Assembly: GCA_026394775.1 (NCBI GenBank)
Contig: JAPLZY010000008.1
Coordinates: 1 to 51,366 of the forward strand
Length of the DNA stretch: 51,366 bases
Direction: 5' to 3'
Source of the DNA: Candidatus Zambryskiibacteriota bacterium
GTDB taxonomy: Bacteria; Patescibacteriota; Minisyncoccia; Phycocordibacterales; DATDWN01
Under the pieces are notes generated by a model, which was not told the DNA's origin, made no database searches, and saw nothing but the letters and a program-made list of their open reading frames with translations. Positions 47,620-51,366 of this stretch are shown in pieces (the first letter of the stretch is position 1; every line of letters begins with the position of its first letter). The translations under genes were made by a program, and so were the position numbers.

Positions 47620-47794
47620 AAATCTAAAAAAAAGATTTTGGTTTGAAAATAGGCTTCATTGTTCTTATCTCGCGTCCTTCTATTTTATTTCGTATCCCTA
47701 TTGAAAATATTGACTTTCGGACCCCTTTTGTGAGATACTTGGAGCTGTGGGTTTTGTGCTATTTAGCCCTTGTTTTAAAGGGTCAATACACAAG

Positions 47795-47803
47795 TTATCC
47801 ACA
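47795..47803 (+). promoter_or_regulatory. perfect DnaA-box consensus
   Basis: TTATCCACA in the long intergenic region upstream of the surface-protein gene. Confidence 0.35.
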
Positions 47804-48345
47804 AAATTATTTTGTTGGGATGACCTCTCACATATATAATTGTTTTAATAAGTAGACATTCATTTCTAGCAGATGTTTAGAAGTGCGTTATACTTATATT
47901 TCAGATACAGACAGTCACTCGGCACGAACAGATCATTGACAACTTAATAGAAAATTATTTTAGGACTTTTTTAAAAAGTTCTCATTTCCGTATATCAGAA
48001 TTTATCCCGCCTTTATCTGCATAACAGATATTCAGACTAAACATCGCAAACTATCTTTTCAGTTTGTGTCGGTCTGTACACCAGCTGCCACCATGTGGTT
48101 GGTCGTACAAATATAAACTGAAGAGATTAGTTGAGTTGAGCACATGCCTTACAAAGGTGTGCGACTCGGTTCACAAATTATTTTAACAAGCAATCGGTGA
48201 ATAAATAAATTTTATTTATTCGATCCGGGTGAAGTTAAAATACAGGTAGTCCTTTATTAAGTTATTATCATCGGTTCGTGATTCATGTCCTTACTATTTT
48301 ATTAGTAACAAGTGAGGGGTGATCACATTTACAAAAAACGAATAT

Positions 48346-51300
48346 ATGACAGCACAATCAACGTTCGCAAAACTTGTTGCTGGGTTCGCAGGATTCGCAA
48401 TGGTATTTTCATTTGTAGCAACTCCGGTTACTGCATCTGCTCTTACATCTGCGGAACTACAGGCTCAGATCAACATGTTGCAGGCACAGCTTTCATCTCT
48501 TGGAGGTGCAAGCTCAACTGGATACACATTTAACACAAATTTGACAATGGGAAGTAAAGGTACTGATGTAATGAACCTCCAGAAGGTTTTGAACATGAGT
48601 GCTGATACAAAAGTTGCATCATCAGGTGCTGGTTCTCCAGGAATGGAAACATCAACATTTGGTCCAGCTACTCGATCTGCAGTGATTAAGTTCCAGACTA
48701 AATACGGCATCAGCCCAGCAGCTGGTTTCGTAGGAGCTATCACACGAGCAAAGCTTAATACTATGAGTGGTTCAGTTGTGACTACACCAACAACACCAAC
48801 TACTCCTGGTACAAACCCACAGGGTGGAGCTTTGACAGTTTCAATGGCATCACAGCCTGCGAACTCTCTTGCACCTCAGTCAGCTTCTCGAATTCCATTT
48901 ACAACTCTTACGCTTACAGCAGGTTCATCTGACGTAACTGTTAACTCTATTACTGTAGAGCGATCAGGTCTCGCACAGAACTCTGTATTTGCAGGAGTAG
49001 TACTTTTGAATTCAAACGGAATGCAGATTGGTGTTGCTAAGACTCTCAACTCAAACAACCAGGCAATGGTTGGTGAGGCATGGGTGATCAAAGCAGGAAC
49101 ATCTCAGACTGTTACAGTTGCCGGTAATATGGCAGCAAACTTGAGTGCACTCGCAGGACAGGTTGTTGGTCTTAATGTTGTAGCGATTAACACATCAGCT
49201 ACAGTATCAGGATCACTTCCTATCATGGGTGCTCAGCACACAGTGAACGCTACACTCTCATTGGGTGCAGCTACACTTGCGATCTCATCATTTGATCCAA
49301 ACTCAGCTCAGTCAAAAGAAATCGGTACAACAGCATACAAATTTGCTGGTATCCGAGTAACTGCTGGTTCAGCTGAAAAAGTAAAGCTTAACTCTATCCG
49401 ATTCAATCAGGTAGGTTCAGCATCATCTAACGACCTTACAAACGTAATGGTTTACGTAGATGGAACATCTTACAACACAGTAGTTTCTTCAGACGGTAAA
49501 TACTACTCTGCAGTATTCCCAGGTGGTATCTCAATTGACAAAGGTTTCTCAAAAGACATCTATGTTCAGGGTGATATCATTGGTTCAAACACAGCAGGAC
49601 GAACTGTACAGTTCGATATCAATCGAGCAACAGACATCTACCTTACTGGTGAGACATACATGTACGGTATAACACCTACAGCTGGAACAACAGGTTCAGT
49701 AACAACTGCATCTCAGTTCACAACAGGAACACCATTCTTCGATGGTTCACTTGTTACAGTAACAGGTGGTTCAGTAACAACTATCCAGAAGGCAACTTCT
49801 GTTGCTGCAGCAAACGTTGCAGTAAATGTACCTAACCAGGTACTTGGTGGATTCCAGACAGACTTCAAGGGTGAAGCTATCGCGGTACAAAACATGGTGT
49901 TTACAGTATCTACAACAACAGGTAACACATTCGGTTTGACAAACGTAACAATCGTTGATGCAAACGGAGCGGTAGTTGCAGGTCCAGTAGATCAGGTTGG
50001 AACATCACTTTCATTTAGTGATACAGTTACATTCCCAGTTGGAGTGCGAACATACACATTGAAAGGAAAGCTTGCTTCAGCAACACCTAACAATACAACA
50101 TTTACAGTTGCGTCAACTCCATCTTCACAGTGGACAAACATCACAGGACAGACAACAGGTAACACTGTAAGTCTTTCAGGTGCTGGTATCTTCACAATGA
50201 ACACAATGACAGTTAAGGCAGCTTCACTTGCAGTAAGTGTTTCAGCTACACCTTCAGCTCAGTCAATTGTGGCTGGTGGTCAGGGTATTACATTTGCTAA
50301 CTTCCAGTTTGATGCGTCACAGTCAGGTGAAGATGTACGATTCTCATCACTTGCTTTGACAAACACAGGTGGAAACACAGGTGCAACATCATGTCAGTTG
50401 TTTGATGGTGCTACAGCTTTGAACACAGGTTCAAACGTTGTAACTACATCAGCAGCTACAAATACATTTACACTTGATTCACAGCTTGTTGTTGCGAAAG
50501 GAACAGTCAAGACTTTGACACTTAAGTGTAATGTAACTTCAGCCGCTAGTGGTACATTCCAGTGGGGTATTACAGGAATACAGATCGGTAACATTGCAGT
50601 TTCTGGAGTAACATCTTCAAACTCAATTGTTGCTACTGGTTCTACAGGAGCTGGTCAGACTATGACAGTTGGAACAGGATCACTCGTAGTATCTACAGAT
50701 TCATCTAGCCCTTCATACACTGTTGTGGCATCTGGTTCTACAGGAAATACTGCAGGTGTATTCAAATTCCGAGCTACAAATGAAGCAGTTAACCTAAACC
50801 GAGTTTCTTTGAGACTTACTTCAGGTTCTGCATCTGACCTTGTACAAGTTTCTATCTGGGACGGTGCAACACAAGTTGGTACAGCAGTATTTACTGGTAA
50901 CAGTGCATTCGCTACATCAACATTTGCAACTTCAGTAGTACTTCCAAAGGATACAGACAAGACTTTGACAGTAAAAGTTGACCTAGGTATGGTTGGAACA
51001 TCACAGCCAGCATCACAAGGATCACTTATCAGAGTTGACTTCAATGGTTCTGACGCTACAGGTACTCAGGGAACAGGAGTAGGTTCTGGTAACACAATCA
51101 ACGCAACTGGTTCTACATCAGTAGCAGGTGTACGATTGTTCAAATCATTCCCTACACTCGCTCTTGATACTCTTGGTTCAACAGGACTCGCAGACGGACG
51201 ACTTATTCGTTACAAGGTAACTGCTAATGCAAATGGATCTATTGGAATCTCTTCAATGAAATTCTCAGTAGCTACTACTTCAGCAACAGTTACTAACGTA

Positions 51301-51366
51301 GCATTGTACGCCTTTACAGACGCTTCATACTCTTCTCCAGTTTCTGGACAAGGTACAAGTGGTCAG
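48346..51366 (+). CDS. large secreted surface/S-layer-like protein with an N-terminal peptidoglycan-binding domain (runs off the window; absent from the ORF track)
   Basis: MTAQSTFAKLVAGFAGFAMVFSFVATPVTASA signal peptide; NLTMGSKGTDVMNLQKVLN...FGPATRSAVIKFQ...GFVGAITRAKLN PG-binding pattern. Thr/Ser/Gly/Val-rich frame open for about 1007 codons with strong ACA/TCA/GGT codon bias. Confidence 0.9.
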   Translation, partial: MTAQSTFAKLVAGFAGFAMVFSFVATPVTASALTSAELQAQINMLQAQLSSLGGASSTGYTFNTNLTMGSKGTDVMNLQKVLNMSADTKVASSGAGSPGMETSTFGPATRSAVIKFQTKYGISPAAGFVGAITRAKLNTMSGSVVTTPTTPTTPGTNPQGGALTVSMASQPANSLAPQSASRIPFTTLTLTAGSSDVTVNSITVERSGLAQNSVFAGVVLLNSNGMQIGVAKTLNSNNQAMVGEAWVIKAGTSQTVTVAGNMAANLSALAGQVVGLNVVAINTSATVSGSLPIMGAQHTVNATLSLGAATLAISSFDPNSAQSKEIGTTAYKFAGIRVTAGSAEKVKLNSIRFNQVGSASSNDLTNVMVYVDGTSYNTVVSSDGKYYSAVFPGGISIDKGFSKDIYVQGDIIGSNTAGRTVQFDINRATDIYLTGETYMYGITPTAGTTGSVTTASQFTTGTPFFDGSLVTVTGGSVTTIQKATSVAAANVAVNVPNQVLGGFQTDFKGEAIAVQNMVFTVSTTTGNTFGLTNVTIVDANGAVVAGPVDQVGTSLSFSDTVTFPVGVRTYTLKGKLASATPNNTTFTVASTPSSQWTNITGQTTGNTVSLSGAGIFTMNTMTVKAASLAVSVSATPSAQSIVAGGQGITFANFQFDASQSGEDVRFSSLALTNTGGNTGATSCQLFDGATALNTGSNVVTTSAATNTFTLDSQLVVAKGTVKTLTLKCNVTSAASGTFQWGITGIQIGNIAVSGVTSSNSIVATGSTGAGQTMTVGTGSLVVSTDSSSPSYTVVASGSTGNTAGVFKFRATNEAVNLNRVSLRLTSGSASDLVQVSIWDGATQVGTAVFTGNSAFATSTFATSVVLPKDTDKTLTVKVDLGMVGTSQPASQGSLIRVDFNGSDATGTQGTGVGSGNTINATGSTSVAGVRLFKSFPTLALDTLGSTGLADGRLIRYKVTANANGSIGISSMKFSVATTSATVTNVALYAFTDASYSSPVSGQGTSGQ

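Noticed and set aside
47620..48345. Replication origin
   Set aside because: Only one perfect DnaA box and no dnaA or dnaN nearby; insufficient evidence.
48465..51044. Minus-strand ORFs over the surface-protein gene and similar shadow ORFs across the window
   Set aside because: Antisense shadows of strongly codon-biased real genes; no motifs.

Overview
AT-rich bacterial chromosome segment, most likely from a Patescibacteria/CPR (Parcubacteria-like) genome. Supporting signs are few SD sites, rplK not followed by rplA, a type-2 IleRS and an alpha2 GlyRS. Most of it is housekeeping: secE-nusG-rplK, argS, ileS, recO, glyQS, metG, tatD, rpsF-ssb-rpsR, efp, recA, ftsK, folD, a class II photolyase, tRNA-His and the start of a surface protein of more than 1000 aa. 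The clearest accessory system is a complete diversity-generating retroelement (33394-35918). It comprises a target gene with VR, a TR differing from it only at 22 adenines, a GC hairpin, an antisense avd whose 5' end is frameshifted in a C9 tract, and a DGR reverse transcriptase, next to a zeta-toxin-like gene pair. Other notable items are a nucleotide-modification-like cluster (dCMP deaminase, HAD, ParB-like, atypical thymidylate synthase fusion), structured insertions that duplicate gene 3' ends (rplK and a tRNA end), a dispersed ACGAAT/ATTCGT intergenic hairpin family, a long palindromic element after rpsR, tandem Zn-finger HNH genes abutting tRNA-His, and an AAAAGACA motif array in and around a wHTH gene. 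Family assignments come from motif recognition only; no searches were run.
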